A DNA stretch of 64,000 nt from Octopus vulgaris (Eukaryota), in contig OX597829.1 in the NCBI GenBank assembly GCA_951406725.2, positions 19,778,001 through 19,842,000 of the forward strand. The letters are read 5' to 3'. The position numbers and the translations under genes are program-made. The notes below the pieces were generated by a model. It was not told the origin of the DNA. It made no database searches and saw only the letters and a list, made by a program, of their open reading frames with translations. This document shows, piece by piece, positions 62,510 to 64,000 of this stretch (positions are counted from its first letter, which is position 1; every line of letters starts with the position of its first letter).

Positions 62510-64000
62510 TTTCACAGCCACTGACCAGATCTGTGGATGAAGCAAAGTACCATCTCGACCCAGAGTAACATGGTGGTGGAACACTGTGGTTGACAGGGTT
62601 ATTAGACAAAAGAGACAGGCTTGGAAGGACTGGAAGAACGGTGGTAGCAGGGAATTGTATCAGACAGCCAGAAGGGAAGATTGGAGACAGGTTTATTTAG
62701 CCAGAGGGGAAGCAGATAAGAAAAAATTTGCCAATGTTTTGAGCCGTGAGGATGAAAGACTTGAGGTATTTCGTGTTGCAAGACAGTGTCTGAGAGAGAA
62801 TCGTGATGTGGTAGGAGAGAAGTGTGTTCGCATGGATGATGGTTCACTTGCGCTAAATGAGGATGCAAAGAGAGAGGTTTGGAGATGCCACTATGAACGG
62901 TTGCTGAATAAAGAAAATGAATGGGATAAAGAGAGTCTGCCGAATGTCAACCCAACAGAGGGACCAGCCATCTGAGTTGAAAATTCTTTGGTAGTTAAAG
63001 CAATTAGAAGCATGAAGACAGGGAAAGCCCCAGGCCCATCAGGAATTACTGCAGAGATGCTCAAAATATCTGGCAGTGTCGGCTATAACCTAGTCACCCA
63101 TATAGTCAACCAGGTGATACACGAAGGAGTCATACCCAATGACTGGTGTAGCAGCATACAAGTCAACTGCTACAAAGGTAAAGGTGATGCCCTAGAAATA
63201 AATAATTATAGAGGTATCAAGCTGTTGGATCAGGTAATGAAGGTTACGGAGAGGGTCATAGCCCAACTAATTAGAGAGAGAGTTAGTTTAGATGAGATGC
63301 AGTTTGGGTTCGTGCCAGGGAAAAGTACCACTGATGCTATATTCCTGGTAAGGCAGCTGCAGGAGAAATACCTAGCTAAAGATAAGCCCCTGTACCTGGC
63401 TTTCGTTGAAATGGAGAAAGCCTTTGATAGGGTCCCCCGATCCCTTATCTGGTGGTCAATGAGGAAACTAGGGATAGATGAATGGCTGGTGAGGGCTGTG
63501 CAAGCCATGTACAGAGATGCCGTAAGTAAGGTTAGGGTTGACAACATGTACACAGAAGAATTCAAAGTAGAGGTTGGGGTCCACCAGGGTTCAGTACTCA
63601 GCCCCCTCCTATTTATCATAGTCCTCCAGGCAATTATGGAGGAATTCAAGACAGGTTGCCCCTGGGAGCTCATCTATGCTGACGACCTTGCTCTAATTGC
63701 TGAGTCACTATCAGAACTGGAGGAGAAGTTCCAGGTGTGGAAGGAGGGTTTAAAATCGAGGGGCCTTAGAGTCAACCTAGCTAAAACCAAAGTACTAATA
63801 AGTAGGAAGGTAGACAATCCACAAATGTCTTCAGGAAGATGGCCCTGCTCGATCTGTAGAAAAGGTGTAGGTAGAAACTCTATAAGATGTACCCAGTGTA
63901 AGCTATGGACACATAAGAGGTGCAGCAATGTCAAAGGTAGGCTAACTGGGAAGATAGTTTTTGTATGTGGCAGATGCTCGGGAGCATTAACCTCCGAAAA
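62510..64000 (+). mobile_element. RTE-type LINE, RT region, running off the window
   Basis: WWWN, KAPGPSG, YKGKGD..NYRGIKLL, QFGF, EKAFDRV, GVHQGSVLSPLLF, YADD and a Cys-rich CSIC..CTQC..HKRC finger. In-frame stops near 62540 and at 62973. Confidence 0.93.

Noticed and set aside
63230-63934. Minus-strand ORFs of 147 and 86 aa
   Set aside because: Antisense shadows of the RTE reverse-transcriptase frame.

Overview
AT-rich, repeat-dense eukaryotic DNA. The SINE/LINE/microsatellite repertoire suggests a coleoid cephalopod (Octopus-like), which is an inference. Two spliced host genes that the ORF track misses were reconstructed by hand: the last two coding exons of VAMP7 (+, 443-535 and 1913-1978) and a complete six-exon LAMTOR1/p18 gene (-, 39188 down to 15333, 165 aa), arranged tail-to-tail. 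The rest is mobile DNA: tRNA-derived and RTE-tailed SINEs, RTE and CR1 LINE fragments, three Penelope-like elements (PLEs), a full-length IR/DR Tc1 (DD34E), a mariner relic, Tc2/pogo, piggyBac-type and hAT MITEs, Helitron/Helentron-type elements and an LTR relic. The most striking pattern is the density of fold-back (inverted-duplication) structures, mostly at retroelement ends or in (TA)n tracts. Several carry minimal hammerhead-ribozyme-like motifs: a near-perfect 158-bp palindrome inside a LAMTOR1 intron, and a U3-A8 core variant in both inverted terminal repeats of a young PLE. All calls come from reading the sequence by eye; no searches were run.
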